DNA of 58,537 bases from a virus. Lineage: Duplodnaviria; Caudoviricetes. Shown piece by piece: positions 36,873 through 47,774 of this stretch. The stretch covers positions 1 to 58,537 of IMG/VR virus record IMGVR_UViG_3300045955_000127; one strand, 5' to 3'. The position numbers and the translations under genes were made by a program. A model generated the notes under the pieces. It ran no database searches and was not told the DNA's origin. It was given only the letters and a program-made list of their open reading frames with translations. Within the stretch, counting starts at the first letter, position 1, and every line of letters starts with the position of its first letter.

Positions 36873-37039
36873 CAGAGCTGGCTATCGTTCGGGAATTTTA
36901 TGACGGTGTTGTTTATATACACGCAAAAGTTGTAATCACCGCCGCCGAGATCCTCGATTATTACTCGCCCGTTGCTGGCCGGGCCTGCCTCTGGAAGATC
37001 GGCGGTTGGGATCAATTTTTCCTCAAGATCGATAATCAT
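36872..37039 (-). CDS. Small hypothetical protein (55 aa)
   Basis: MIIDLEEKLIP...; GGAGGAG SD; coupled at both ends. Confidence 0.55.
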   Translation of the reverse strand: MIIDLEEKLIPTADLPEAGPASNGRVIIEDLGGGDYNFCVYINNTVIKFPNDSQL

Positions 37040-37737
37040 TATTCTCCTCCCGAATTCCCCGGATTGACGTAGATCACTTCACCGAAAGCCTGGTTACGCA
37101 TTTTGTTGCTCAATAGTTCGTCCTGATCATCGGCCTGGCCTTGCGCCTTGTGCCTGATGCAGTGCGGGACCCCGCGGCGGGAAACATACACGCTGGGTTG
37201 CCCGCAGAACTGACAGGCCTTCTCGGGCGCTTGCGCGACTTGGGCTTGCGCCTTCAGCGCGATCGCGTCGGCCTCCGCTGGCGTGAGTTGGCGTATTGCA
37301 GGCGCGGTCGGTGCAGGATGGAGAGTCCCGGAAGGTGGAACATGCTGAAGCGGTTGCGGCCCCCCCTGGACCCAGCTCAGAACATCTTGAAGTTCACGAA
37401 GCTGTTTCTGGACATACTGAAGCGTGGCCACTTTGAAGAGTTCGATTCCCTCGGGTCCAAAGTCTTTCGTGGCAACCTGCAATCGCCGCATGGCTTTGAT
37501 CAGCTCACGCTCTGTACCGGATGGCTTGACGGGCGTGACGTGATTAACCGGCGTGAGCGGGCGAGGAAAGATCTGCGCAAGGGCCGATTCTTCCTTCCGC
37601 GGCCTTTCCCGTCCGCGCTTGATTGGCGAGCCTGCTACCCCCGCCTGTCCCGTTCCATCTCTATTACGTTCTGTACCCAATTGTCCCTCGCGCGCGGATC
37701 GAGCCCTACGCTCTTTGCCTTGGCCGTCGTAAACCAA
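37039..37737 (-). CDS. Hypothetical protein (start uncertain)
   Basis: C-terminal CQFC..HCIRH; 5' part overlaps the upstream gene. Confidence 0.5.
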   Translation of the reverse strand: MVYDGQGKERRARSAREGQLGTERNRDGTGQAGVAGSPIKRGRERPRKEESALAQIFPRPLTPVNHVTPVKPSGTERELIKAMRRLQVATKDFGPEGIELFKVATLQYVQKQLRELQDVLSWVQGGPQPLQHVPPSGTLHPAPTAPAIRQLTPAEADAIALKAQAQVAQAPEKACQFCGQPSVYVSRRGVPHCIRHKAQGQADDQDELLSNKMRNQAFGEVIYVNPGNSGGE

Positions 37738-38138
37738 TGCAGGCTCATCCGATCAAGCACGTCTTGCACAACCTGTTTCTCCTCGTAGATCACTGGCCCC
37801 AACAGATACCCGAGAATCTCCCTGGCGATTTTCTTCTGTTCTTCTGCCCACTGGAATGTCGCCAGGATCGCCTGCTCTGGCATTCCAAATTCATTTCCGC
37901 TCCCGATTTCGTGAAGGATGCAAACCGAACCATGCCATCTTGGAGGCGGAACCGCCTTCTTGGACATGGCGAAGAATTCAATAGTCACGGACACGCTGTA
38001 GTCTTCACCGAGCCGGCGATAGAACCGCGGGTCGAAACAATCTTCTGCGATTATGCAAGGGTCGGCGATAGCATGGGCGCGCATTTGCTGACCGAGGATC
38101 TCCAGTTCGTTTTGGGGAGGCAGCCCGGTGAGAATCAT
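37635..38138 (-). CDS. Hypothetical protein
   Basis: Globular-looking ORF on the operon strand. Confidence 0.6.
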   Translation of the reverse strand: MILTGLPPQNELEILGQQMRAHAIADPCIIAEDCFDPRFYRRLGEDYSVSVTIEFFAMSKKAVPPPRWHGSVCILHEIGSGNEFGMPEQAILATFQWAEEQKKIAREILGYLLGPVIYEEKQVVQDVLDRMSLHWFTTAKAKSVGLDPRARDNWVQNVIEMERDRRG

Positions 38139-38154
38139 TTCAATGTTTTTAGCG

Positions 38155-38784
38155 TTAACCCTCTCTCGCGAACGGATTTTTCACCTGTCTTGTTGCCTTG
38201 GATTCCGAAAACGGGCTGCTGGCCGCTTTGCGGTCGTCCTGCATAGGCCCAAAGGGATTGGCCACGTTCTTTCTGTCGGCTCGTACCCCGGTAGGAATCT
38301 GCGCTTCGTTCTCTCTCTGGAAAGCGTTGTGAGGCTTCTGACCGTCCCTGTACTTCTTGCTCTGGTACGTCTGCATTTTGTCGCGAAGTTCAAATCCGCA
38401 GTTTTCGCAGATGTCTTCACGCTCAGTCCAACTCCATGTGGGGAGCCGACACTCGGAACAACGGATTTGGAACATGGGCTCCTCGGGAAGATGGCGAGCC
38501 CATGCTTCGGCTTTGCGATCGTGAGGGTTTAGGTCTTTGAGAAACTTGACTTCGCGGATATTGTGGATCGTGCCGACAGCATCTTGGTCGGGCGGCACGG
38601 GGCCGGCACCGGGCTCGAAGACGTATTTATCGGCCAGATCTTCTTGATATTCCCGGTACTGCTCTTCGGCGCGCTCTACGAGGTCAATGCTGGGTTGCGG
38701 CTGCGCCGTTTGCTCCGGCTGGGGCAGAGAGTTCTTGCGAGGCCGGCCGCTCGGTCTTTTGATCGGATTTTCGGGTGTATCCAA
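38155..38784 (-). CDS. Hypothetical Zn-ribbon protein
   Basis: CSEC..CENC; AT-hook-like GRPRK; GGGGAG SD. Confidence 0.65.
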   Translation of the reverse strand: MDTPENPIKRPSGRPRKNSLPQPEQTAQPQPSIDLVERAEEQYREYQEDLADKYVFEPGAGPVPPDQDAVGTIHNIREVKFLKDLNPHDRKAEAWARHLPEEPMFQIRCSECRLPTWSWTEREDICENCGFELRDKMQTYQSKKYRDGQKPHNAFQRENEAQIPTGVRADRKNVANPFGPMQDDRKAASSPFSESKATRQVKNPFAREG

Positions 38785-39290
38785 AAATCTCCCCCAATTC
38801 AGGTGGAATGACTTTCCATTTTAGGAGTGTTAGAAAATATGGCTCGTCGTCACTTAATTGAATTCCGTGTTTTTCCGCTACCGTTTCCAGAATGTTACAT
38901 GCGGAATGCGTAAATTGCAAATTCAAAAATCCTTCGTTTGCGCAAAATAATAAAATCACCTGGACGGAGTTGAGATTTAATTTCTCGGCGAGAGCTTTCA
39001 AATCGTCCAAAATTCTCGTTTTGGATTTTTCCTTAATTTGTTCTTTCTTTTTTAATCGTGCCATCCAATGCCTCGCATTTCTTTGATTTCTGGCCTGCTC
39101 TAATTTAGTTGCCCAACGGCAATTGCTCGGTTCGTAATTCCCGTCGTTGTCAATACGATCCAGGGAATGCTTCGGGGTCGGCTTCGGCCCCATGTCGGCA
39201 AGAAAGTTTTCGAAAAACTCCCATTGTTAGGCGACCGAAGACGGTGCCAGTGAGATCAATAAAATTATGTGATATGCCTGTAGTAGCCAT
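38684..39290 (-). pseudogene. Internally deleted, frameshifted HNH endonuclease
   Basis: ATG39290 (GGAGGT SD) gives [22 protein letters not shown], then the +1 frame gives [39 protein letters not shown]; the middle region is missing. Confidence 0.7.
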
Positions 39291-39334
39291 TTGCGTACCT
39301 CCATTGCGCAGCGGTTAGAGCCGTCGGCGGGCTG

Positions 39335-41521
39335 CTACTCGTCGGCGGCTTGTTTGTTTTTCCGCTCCCCATTTTCCGTTTTCCCGTTTCCATTTGCCGG
39401 ATTTTCTAATCCTTTAGCACCTGGAATTAAACTGCTCAAGGTATTTAAAACATTTATTTCATTTTGCTCTCTTTTTTCTTTTGCGTCGGCATTTACTTTT
39501 AATGCTTCCAAAATCAGCCACGGCAATTCTAATTTCGCTTCTGTCTCGATCGCCTTGGCGGAAGCGAGGCTTTTTTGTGCGTCGGCTTTTAATTTTTCCG
39601 TCTTGGCAGCCTGGAGAGCTGGCGGGTCTTTCGGGCCTTGGCCCTTGCCGGCCGCTGCTGCCTGTGCCTGCTGCGCCTGGGCGGACGCCTTGATCACGGT
39701 CTTTTGCAATTGATCGATCAGCTGCGCCGGCAGATACGTGAATTTCAGGCAGTACATCAGAAATTCCATGCCCCCGGACGCCTTCATCAGCGAAGGGATG
39801 ATCGGCTGGAGGTCTTGCCAGACTCGAGCTTTCAAATTCGGGTTGTGCTTGACGCTCTCGTCGACGGCCAGCCGGTATTTTTCCGGCAAATTCGATTTTA
39901 AGAGCGGGATGGACTTGCCATTAAACGGCCCGCCGATCTCCATCAGCTGCCCATCGGTCATAAATTCCTGGACAAAATTATAAGTAACCCGGGCTTCTTC
40001 TTTTCGGAAACGATTGATTTCGTCAAAAAACCAGCCGAAAATAGAGAGCGCTGCGGTGAGTCTCCCCTGCTGGGTCTGTTGGCCAAGCTCTCCCTCGGCC
40101 ATGCCGAAGAATTCGGGCCCCAGGCCAATGACATCGGTGATCGCCTGCGTGGAGGCTTCGTAAAAAACCTGGAGCCCTTGTGGTAACTGCGGGAATTCAC
40201 GAGGCTTTACCTTGTCGATTTTCCCTTCTTGGACGGCCACCCAGGCGTTATGTTTCGTCCACTCGTCTCTCGCGCGCGTTTCATTTACGAAGGTGTTTTT
40301 CTCGAAAATCGTGCCGCCCTTGGCGTTGTGGATATAATAATCCAGGCCCGAAGAGAGCGCTTTATTCTTGGTACGCTGCGGATCCACCATGTCCGGAATG
40401 ACCCCGACAAACATTTTCTTGTCCTGGTCCCATTCTCCAGTCAGACACAGAAGCGTCCAGTAATTGCCAGGCAAATCGACCGGATCTTCGAGTTCGATCC
40501 CATTGGCGACGTATATCTGGCGGTATTTGGTCTTGGTCTGCTTAACGGCCGTCGGAAGAGGGATTTGCCGGCCGTTGAGCAATTCCTCGTCCTGGAAATC
40601 TTTCTTTAGGTCTTTCCAGAGGTCTTCCGAAATCTCCATCAGGCGGTTAGGATTGTCCGGATCTGCCAGACGGTAAACTGTCGCTTCGTAGCGTTCCTGG
40701 AACTGAAAGACTGTGATCGTGTGCTTATTGCCGCGCCCGGGGTCGACTTCCTGGTTAGCCTTTTGGTTGGCCAATGAATAGTTCGGCGTGACCAGCTCAT
40801 ATTTGTTGATCGTCCATTCTGGAGGCTCCGGCGCCGCGGCCTCGGTCATGTTGAGCTTTTCCTTGCCCCATCGCCGTTCGAATTCCTCTCTTGGGACTTC
40901 CCGCTTTCTGCAACGCCAGTCCGAATCTCTGAGCCCGATCGCCTTAGCCGATTGGTCCCAGTACATTTCGTCCCATGGAATCCGCTGCTTTAAGACTTGT
41001 CCGTCTAGGTCTTCGCTAAAATCGACGTAAACCTCAAACCAGCCCATGCCCGTGTTGCCAAGATCTTTGACCGCCAGGCTGCGCTCATAGGCTGCTTCGG
41101 ATAGTTCGTCGACAGCGGCCACGGCCTCCGATGCCAAATCCCCCATAGTGTCGTGTTCGATCGGCGAATCGAGTGCGCGGGTGATAAAGCGCACATCGGT
41201 GCGATTTAACCGCTCCAAGCCAGTGAGGCTCCGCATAACCTTCCGGATTTCGTTGAACACGAGCACGGGCCGCTTGGCCTGCTGCATGATGACTTTATCG
41301 TAATCGTCCCACTGGTGGCCGTCGTACATGCGCTGCATCTCTCTGGCTTGTGCATGCCAAGCACGCACGGTCCCATAGGAATTCTTGACCTTGCGCATGA
41401 CGCGAAGGGCGCGAGCCATGGAGTCGCGGTCAGTCCTGAGCGCGTCCATGGTGATCTGCGCCGATGGAGACTGCTGTGAGTGCTCTAACTGAGTGAAGGG
41501 TATATCGATTGAGTCAGCCAC
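39335..41521 (-). CDS. Portal protein (P22-like)
   Basis: YDGHQW, RPVLVFNEI, GLERLNRTD, DPQRTKNK and FFDEINRFRK motifs; 728 aa. Confidence 0.9.
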   Translation of the reverse strand: MADSIDIPFTQLEHSQQSPSAQITMDALRTDRDSMARALRVMRKVKNSYGTVRAWHAQAREMQRMYDGHQWDDYDKVIMQQAKRPVLVFNEIRKVMRSLTGLERLNRTDVRFITRALDSPIEHDTMGDLASEAVAAVDELSEAAYERSLAVKDLGNTGMGWFEVYVDFSEDLDGQVLKQRIPWDEMYWDQSAKAIGLRDSDWRCRKREVPREEFERRWGKEKLNMTEAAAPEPPEWTINKYELVTPNYSLANQKANQEVDPGRGNKHTITVFQFQERYEATVYRLADPDNPNRLMEISEDLWKDLKKDFQDEELLNGRQIPLPTAVKQTKTKYRQIYVANGIELEDPVDLPGNYWTLLCLTGEWDQDKKMFVGVIPDMVDPQRTKNKALSSGLDYYIHNAKGGTIFEKNTFVNETRARDEWTKHNAWVAVQEGKIDKVKPREFPQLPQGLQVFYEASTQAITDVIGLGPEFFGMAEGELGQQTQQGRLTAALSIFGWFFDEINRFRKEEARVTYNFVQEFMTDGQLMEIGGPFNGKSIPLLKSNLPEKYRLAVDESVKHNPNLKARVWQDLQPIIPSLMKASGGMEFLMYCLKFTYLPAQLIDQLQKTVIKASAQAQQAQAAAAGKGQGPKDPPALQAAKTEKLKADAQKSLASAKAIETEAKLELPWLILEALKVNADAKEKREQNEINVLNTLSSLIPGAKGLENPANGNGKTENGERKNKQAADE

Positions 41522-41658
41522 TATCCGCCTCTAGGTTTCTGTCCCCTCTTTTGGGCCGTGGCATAGAAAACTTGCTTGCCCTTCTTTTCGCCGTAGCGCT
41601 TCTTCATAGACTTCATTACTTTCGATCCCCGGCCTTTGAAATACTTGCTTATTGGCAT
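41521..41658 (-). CDS. Small basic protein (45 aa)
   Basis: MPISKYFKGRGSKVMKSMKKRYGEKKGKQVFYATAQKRG; GGAGGT SD; coupled at both ends. Confidence 0.7.
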   Translation of the reverse strand: MPISKYFKGRGSKVMKSMKKRYGEKKGKQVFYATAQKRGQKPRGG

Positions 41659-44600
41659 TATGGCACTACCTCCGCGTGGGAAAATTGGTTCTTCTGTCTC
41701 TGGGCCTTCATCGCCTGCGATGCTATCCGGGCCATCTCGAACGTCACCGCATCGAGTTTCTTTCGCTTCTCCTCGGGGGAGTAATGTCTGTTCTCGATTA
41801 TGGACTCTTGCTGCTTTCGGAGCAACGACATAGATTTCGCCACCGGGCGCATCAAGAGTTCGCGGCGCAAGTCTTCGGCATGCTTTACGTGATACTGCTG
41901 AAGCTCCGTGAAGTTTCGCTGGCGCCTCAGAAGATCGAACGTGCTCTTTGCTTCGCTGACGCGCGCGTATTCGTCATAGAACCGTTCGATCGATTCGGGC
42001 TGGCCGGGGAAGTTGGCGATAAGACCCCGCACTCCAGGAACATCAGAGATGCCACCAGCAGACGGTTTTTCTTTCATCTGGCCACGAAACGCGAGCCGAT
42101 CGATTTGTTCCATCGTTAATTTGCCGGCGCCGCCAAAATACCCCTGCGCCAGATTCTCGATCTTGTTGGGCGGATAATTCAGTTTGTCGCCAAGCCACTT
42201 TGCTGTCTCTGTCGTATAGGAGCCCGATTGATATTTCGCCTCGGCCATCTCTTTGCCGCGTGGGACGAGCGGCCGTTCCCGAAACATGGAGTAATTGGCG
42301 AAGTTCTCAATCAACGGGACGAACGCCGTCGGTAGCGGATTGGGCAGAGAATTCATCACGTTATTCCCCAAATCCTTGAGCCCTTGCGGATCCTTGCTGT
42401 CGACGTATTCCATGATCCGCTCAACGCTCGATCCAAAAAGTAATCCAAGCTCAAAGGGCTTGGGAATTCTCCAGATTGGATGATTCGAGGAAAATTCCGC
42501 CTTCTCTTCTGCGGTCATGGTATTCCAGCGTTTCGTATCCATCTCGCCAGTTGGGATAATCCAGAACAAATATTTCTGCCAGCCAGGCTGCTCTTGATAG
42601 CGCGGATCGTCACGATTGGCCATGTAGAGAAGCACCGACGGCAGCGTGATCCCCACGCCCGTGCGCGTCAGCGTACCAACGGGACTCTCCTTGAAAGCCC
42701 TAGCGGTCTTATCTAGGCCTTGCAGGTTCGCGTTCAAGAACGCCGTGATTTGATTGAGCGCTCCCATCTTGGCACCGCGACGAGAGAAATCCAGTGTCAC
42801 TTCCCTGGAAGCGAATGCGGCGCGCATCATTCCTTCCGTGGTCATGCCCTCTTTGGCAATCCCGCGCGAAAACTCTCCGAGGCGCGTCCCGGCTTCGCCT
42901 AATTCAGAAAGAATGCGCAGGCTGTCAATGGGGTGGCGCCAGACGTGTTTGACGGTTCCGCCGGTCAAGATATCTTTCAGTTGCCGTTGCAGGTGAGCGC
43001 GATCAAGAGATAGCAGCATAGAGTGCTCGCCGCCGGCCGCTTTCCACGCATCGAACATTTCATCCTGCTTCAGCATGTGAAAGACGCCCTTGACGAAATC
43101 GATTCCCGGACGATAGCCGTACTTGGAGAAAATCGTCGCGGTCCATTGGTCGCGGAGCGGATTTCTGATCGAAAACTCCGGAGACAAAACTGTTGCGCCC
43201 AGGCGCAGCGATCGAGCAGGAAAGCTCAGCAATCGAGTAAGTAGATTTGAGCTTTCGCCATCGAGGGCCATCATGGATTTATAAAGCGCCGGGTGAATCT
43301 GATACCAGTCGGTCTTGCCATTTTGCCAGACCGAGATGATATTTTTCCCGCCCGGAACATTCTGCGCTGGCCGAAAGATCGTAGCGAGCTGATCTAACAG
43401 TTGCGGGTCGTTGGTTGGCAGTTGGATGCCGGATTGATTAAGCGTGTCCCTGATTTTTTTCTGGACTTCTTTCAGGTTGAACTGGATCCCCTGAGAGGGC
43501 TTGGTGATCTTCTCGACGAATTTTCCGCTGCCTTCGCTGACATCGGCTAGATTCGTGAGCGCGCGCGCGACCCTGTTCCGCTCGGCCAAGTTAATAAACG
43601 AGTAGGTATTTTTGATGATCGATTCGAGCGGGTCGAGGATTTCTTTACCGGAGCCTTTGATTTTGTGGGTGGGCTTATAAAGATTCGCGAAAGTCTTGCC
43701 TGTTCCACCGAGCCCCTCTTCGATGTCTTCCATTAGGCGATAAAACGGCACGTAGGAATCGTTTAGCCGCTTGATTGCAGCATAGCCAGCGTTATCCAAA
43801 AAACCGCCGTCTTTCAAGTAATTCAAAACGCGGTCTTGGTAGGAATAGAGCCTTTGCGCCGTTGGCCCGAATTGCTGATGCAAAGTCTGGACGGTAGCCG
43901 CCGCATCGTTGGGATCGATCCCGGATTGAATGCCGCGCTGGTTTAATTCCATGGACCGCCGAGCAACCAGATAGCTCCGCAGTCCGTCCAGATCGTTCTC
44001 GACGGGCTTCAAGATATCCGAGAGGCCTTCGCCCGTTTGTTGAAGCGTCCTGAAATCCCTGGTCCCTTTGGTCAAAAATAAATCCGCCTTGCCGATCCAC
44101 CCGCGGAAAAGACGCGCCAACTTATACGGATCTTTGGAAACATCAAGTGGTTGCCCCCGAGCCATCCTGTCGGTGATGATTTTGATCGGGTTCAAATCAT
44201 CTAGGGTAGCCGTATAGGCATCGCTGAAGCTCAGCGCGCTCTTCGCCTTCTCTCCAACGGAGATCTGCGAAGCCACCTTGGCGATCGCGGGCTGCGCCTG
44301 ATATCTGGCGTATTTCGTTTGTGCCTGTCGGAGAGTTTCGAGCGCGCGAGGGAAGCCGTTCTGAAGCGATTGCTCGAAGAACTGGAAGAATTGCGGCGCG
44401 GCCTGCTGTGCTGTCTGGGGATTCGTCACGTAGAGTCTCACGAAATCCGCCAAGCCTTCTTCCGCGTATCCGCCGGCCGGCACGCGCGCGCCGTAAAGCT
44501 GCTGGCCGAGCTGTACGAGTTCGGGATGCGCAGCCGCCCTGCGCGAAACGCCGGGCAGGAATTTCTTGGAAAAGAAATGGCCGACCTCGTGCGTGGCCAC

Positions 44601-45989
44601 GTCGACATCGTTGGCGAGCTTTAATCTGACCACTTCCTCTGGCCGCTTAAATGCCCCGCGTGCCCTGCGTTGGACGAAGGGAAAGAATCCTGTGCGAATC
44701 GGCAGATCCAATTCTTTCTGAAGATCCCGGATGATATCGCCGCGTCTGACTAATTTTTGCGGTCCCGTCGGTGTCTGGTAATTTTTTTGCAGCGGGTCAA
44801 AGGACTGCGGAATATTTTCGTAGCTTCGGCGAAGCTCGGGGAAGCCGAGTTCTTTGGGCGGTTCCGGAATATCCGTGATCCCGTTTCTGATCAAGACTTC
44901 CTTGGCGGCTTCCCGGGTTACTACGCCGCTATTGGGGTCGCGGAGGATCATTTTCGCATCTTCGATCTCTTCTTGTATCGCCTGCTTGGAAATCTCGGGA
45001 TGGACTTTAGCCGTTCTGGTTTTCTGTTCTGCCTGGATTGCGCCCTGCTGGAGACTGCCGGGCTTATATTGCTTGTGCATTTCGCGGAGCTGATCGTCGG
45101 TCTTGCCGGCAAGAGACTGAGCAAATTCTTCGGCAGGGCCGATCTTGGCCGGCGCCTGTTGCCCTTGCCTGGCAAGAACACGCTGGCGCAACGCTTCGGC
45201 ATGTGGGCCCGGCGCTGGGCCAGTGGGGACTTTCACCTGCGCTGGCGGTGGCTGGGGCGCTGCGCCTTTTGGTTGAGGCGGCGGTTGCTTCCCGGTTAAT
45301 TTCGTCGGTCCCGCTTGCGCTGCTTTTTCCGCGGCGATCGTTTTCTGTAACGCCGCATTCCGTTGCTCAAGTCCTGCGATTTCTGTGGCAATATCCTGTT
45401 CGCCCTTGGGCCGCATGGTGAACCCTTCGCCAGCGACCGATCCGGGCGTCCATCCTGGCGGCGGCTCCAGCATCTTCGGCGCTGGTCCCTTTGGCACGGG
45501 CATGGGCGGCTTTGCTCCGCGAACCAGCTTCAATCCGAGCGCGCCGCCTGGGCCGGCTGTGAGAAAATCCGCTGCTACGGAACCCGCCGCCGCCGCTTTG
45601 GGAGATGCGCCCATTTGGCTCAAGCCTTCGAGCGCAGCACCGGAGGCGAATTCGCCGGCGATCGCTGGGGGCGTAGCGGCCAATGGTGCTAACACTGGAG
45701 CTGCTGCCGCGCCTAACGCGGACTGATGGCTGGTCGGATCAAGTGATTGATATGCCCCGAGGGCCATTTCGCCGACTTGCTGTAGCCCAGATGACACAAC
45801 ATCTTTGGCCCGTGTCAGCAAGGGCTTCTTGCGCAGGTAATCGATCACTTCCGTGGCGCTATATCCGGACTGGCGTGCTTGTTTGATTTTCCCATGGACG
45901 AACCCCTTGATCTCGTCGTCGGAATATCCGGCCTCTCGCGCCGTGGTGATTTTGTCGCTCAGCGCTGGCCAAAGTTGGTCGATTTGCAC
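41658..45989 (-). CDS. Large polyvalent ejection protein (zincin-like HExxH plus LPD38 domain)
   Basis: HEVGH..EEGLADF; YVPFYR; DFSRRG; RIPKPFELGLLFG (LPD38 signature). Confidence 0.85.
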   Translation of the reverse strand: MQIDQLWPALSDKITTAREAGYSDDEIKGFVHGKIKQARQSGYSATEVIDYLRKKPLLTRAKDVVSSGLQQVGEMALGAYQSLDPTSHQSALGAAAAPVLAPLAATPPAIAGEFASGAALEGLSQMGASPKAAAAGSVAADFLTAGPGGALGLKLVRGAKPPMPVPKGPAPKMLEPPPGWTPGSVAGEGFTMRPKGEQDIATEIAGLEQRNAALQKTIAAEKAAQAGPTKLTGKQPPPQPKGAAPQPPPAQVKVPTGPAPGPHAEALRQRVLARQGQQAPAKIGPAEEFAQSLAGKTDDQLREMHKQYKPGSLQQGAIQAEQKTRTAKVHPEISKQAIQEEIEDAKMILRDPNSGVVTREAAKEVLIRNGITDIPEPPKELGFPELRRSYENIPQSFDPLQKNYQTPTGPQKLVRRGDIIRDLQKELDLPIRTGFFPFVQRRARGAFKRPEEVVRLKLANDVDVATHEVGHFFSKKFLPGVSRRAAAHPELVQLGQQLYGARVPAGGYAEEGLADFVRLYVTNPQTAQQAAPQFFQFFEQSLQNGFPRALETLRQAQTKYARYQAQPAIAKVASQISVGEKAKSALSFSDAYTATLDDLNPIKIITDRMARGQPLDVSKDPYKLARLFRGWIGKADLFLTKGTRDFRTLQQTGEGLSDILKPVENDLDGLRSYLVARRSMELNQRGIQSGIDPNDAAATVQTLHQQFGPTAQRLYSYQDRVLNYLKDGGFLDNAGYAAIKRLNDSYVPFYRLMEDIEEGLGGTGKTFANLYKPTHKIKGSGKEILDPLESIIKNTYSFINLAERNRVARALTNLADVSEGSGKFVEKITKPSQGIQFNLKEVQKKIRDTLNQSGIQLPTNDPQLLDQLATIFRPAQNVPGGKNIISVWQNGKTDWYQIHPALYKSMMALDGESSNLLTRLLSFPARSLRLGATVLSPEFSIRNPLRDQWTATIFSKYGYRPGIDFVKGVFHMLKQDEMFDAWKAAGGEHSMLLSLDRAHLQRQLKDILTGGTVKHVWRHPIDSLRILSELGEAGTRLGEFSRGIAKEGMTTEGMMRAAFASREVTLDFSRRGAKMGALNQITAFLNANLQGLDKTARAFKESPVGTLTRTGVGITLPSVLLYMANRDDPRYQEQPGWQKYLFWIIPTGEMDTKRWNTMTAEEKAEFSSNHPIWRIPKPFELGLLFGSSVERIMEYVDSKDPQGLKDLGNNVMNSLPNPLPTAFVPLIENFANYSMFRERPLVPRGKEMAEAKYQSGSYTTETAKWLGDKLNYPPNKIENLAQGYFGGAGKLTMEQIDRLAFRGQMKEKPSAGGISDVPGVRGLIANFPGQPESIERFYDEYARVSEAKSTFDLLRRQRNFTELQQYHVKHAEDLRRELLMRPVAKSMSLLRKQQESIIENRHYSPEEKRKKLDAVTFEMARIASQAMKAQRQKNQFSHAEVVP

Positions 45990-45992
45990 GGA

Positions 45993-47252
45993 TTATCCCC
46001 CGGGCATGCCCTTAAAGATATCGTCAAGGGATGGGCGTTGAGAACTTTTCGCTGGCGGGTTCTTGGGCGCTCCCGCTGGCGCTGGCGTACCGGCGGGCGC
46101 CGGGGCTTCTTTGGGCGTCGGCGCCGGAGTTGTCGCCGTCGGGTTAGGAAGGCCGAAAGCACGGTAGACTTGATCGGCAAATTGATTTTCGAGCGCCGCC
46201 CGCTGCTTGGGATCCGCTTCCGTCAAGAACGGGGTCAAGCTGGTTCGATAATCGGTGATCAGTTTTTGTGCCTCAATGACGCTTCGCGCAACGCGGTTGG
46301 CTTTGTCGCGTTCGTTCTGAGCCGTAATTCCCGCCAGGGTCGCGTCCACGCGCGCCATCGCTGCATTGACCTGTGCTAATCTGGCTTGACTGGTCAAATC
46401 TTGACCGCGCTGCATGAGAAACATACGCTCCGACTCGAGCTGTTGCTTCATCGCCATCATTTGCTGATGGTATTGTTCTCGCTCCGCGAGCTTCTGTTCG
46501 TCTAGCTCGGATTTTTTCAGAGCGATATACATTTCGTTTACGAGCTTTGGCCGAGTCGGACTATCCGCCGGAATCAAATTCAACGCTTGCTGATACAGCG
46601 GGTCTTGCGTGCTGCCTACCTGTGCTTGCCAACTGGCGATCGATTCTGGCGATTGGACTCCCTTAACGGCTAACTCGCCCGTGGTTTTAGCCGCATCGAT
46701 CATCGCCTTTTTCTTTTCTAGTTCGTGCGTCAAATTGAATTGTTGCTCGAGTGTTTGCTGATGTGCCGTTTGAGCGTTCAGGTAATCCCTTCGGGCTTGT
46801 CCCTGGATTGCTTCGTTGAAACCATGGAGCCCACCGGCAAAGGCCGCGCCTACCCTTGCGCCAGGGCCGCCGCGCCGTTGACTAAATCCGCCAGCCAATG
46901 ATCCCGCCAGGCTCTGAGTGATCGGATGGGCCATGATTGAAGTTACTTGATCCACAAAGCTCGGCTGCTGCTGGCTGCCTTGCGGTTGCTGGGTGTAATT
47001 GGAGACTGAAGGAGCTGGCGCCTTTGGCTCTTCGTCTTTTTTCTGTTCCGGCTCGCCCCACATCGGACGCTGAAATGAAGTGTCTTGCGGCGAGGTAAGG
47101 AAATCCTCACGTATCGGGCTCGCCTGCGCCATACCCATTGGCGGTTGCGCCCCGACGGCCATTGGCATCTGTTGCTGTGCCGATAGAGCCTTCCCGTACA
47201 TGAGCCTCACGAGTTCTTCTAACATCAGCTTTACACTTTCCGTTTGCCGCAC
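45993..47252 (-). CDS. Putative ejection/internal virion protein
   Basis: Q/A-rich coiled coil with a Gly-rich amphipathic segment; RPSLDDIF end. Confidence 0.7.
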   Translation of the reverse strand: MRQTESVKLMLEELVRLMYGKALSAQQQMPMAVGAQPPMGMAQASPIREDFLTSPQDTSFQRPMWGEPEQKKDEEPKAPAPSVSNYTQQPQGSQQQPSFVDQVTSIMAHPITQSLAGSLAGGFSQRRGGPGARVGAAFAGGLHGFNEAIQGQARRDYLNAQTAHQQTLEQQFNLTHELEKKKAMIDAAKTTGELAVKGVQSPESIASWQAQVGSTQDPLYQQALNLIPADSPTRPKLVNEMYIALKKSELDEQKLAEREQYHQQMMAMKQQLESERMFLMQRGQDLTSQARLAQVNAAMARVDATLAGITAQNERDKANRVARSVIEAQKLITDYRTSLTPFLTEADPKQRAALENQFADQVYRAFGLPNPTATTPAPTPKEAPAPAGTPAPAGAPKNPPAKSSQRPSLDDIFKGMPGG

Positions 47253-47258
47253 ATGGTA

Positions 47259-47771
47259 TCACCGCGCCCCCGGCACAAGGGCTCTAAGATAGGCTAAAGC
47301 GCGTGGGTCAACCCCCGCCTTCTTGCCTACCGCCGACGGCCCCGCTGTTGGCGGCGTGCTTTTCGATGTCATCGGCTGCGAGGGAGGAATCTGCGGCGGT
47401 GGAGGCATGGGCGCTGGAGCAATCGGGCCCGCTTGGTCTTTTTCCATGGCCTTCGTGGCGCCGCCTAATCCTGCTCCGGCGAGCCCTCCGATCGCAGCTC
47501 CCCATGGGCCGAACATCGAGCCCATAGAAGCACCGGACATGCCGCCCTGTAATGCGCCCTGAGCAATCCCGCCACCCCTACCGAAGTTTCCCATGTTAGG
47601 CATTCCGCCCGGCATCATCGGCATCTGAAACGGCTGCGATTGGGCAGGCCCGCCCATCGGTGGCGCGGGAAATCCTTGACCTGCTCCCGGCATAGAAAAC
47701 ACGGGGCTCCCGCCTGTGGCATTCGAGATCGCCCCACCACCCATCATTCCGCTTTGATTTAGTAGTTCCAT
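47259..47771 (-). CDS. Gly-rich putative ejection protein
   Basis: GASMGSMFGPWGAAIGGLAGAGLGG glycine-zipper motif. Confidence 0.7.
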   Translation of the reverse strand: MELLNQSGMMGGGAISNATGGSPVFSMPGAGQGFPAPPMGGPAQSQPFQMPMMPGGMPNMGNFGRGGGIAQGALQGGMSGASMGSMFGPWGAAIGGLAGAGLGGATKAMEKDQAGPIAPAPMPPPPQIPPSQPMTSKSTPPTAGPSAVGKKAGVDPRALAYLRALVPGAR

Positions 47772-47774
47772 TTT

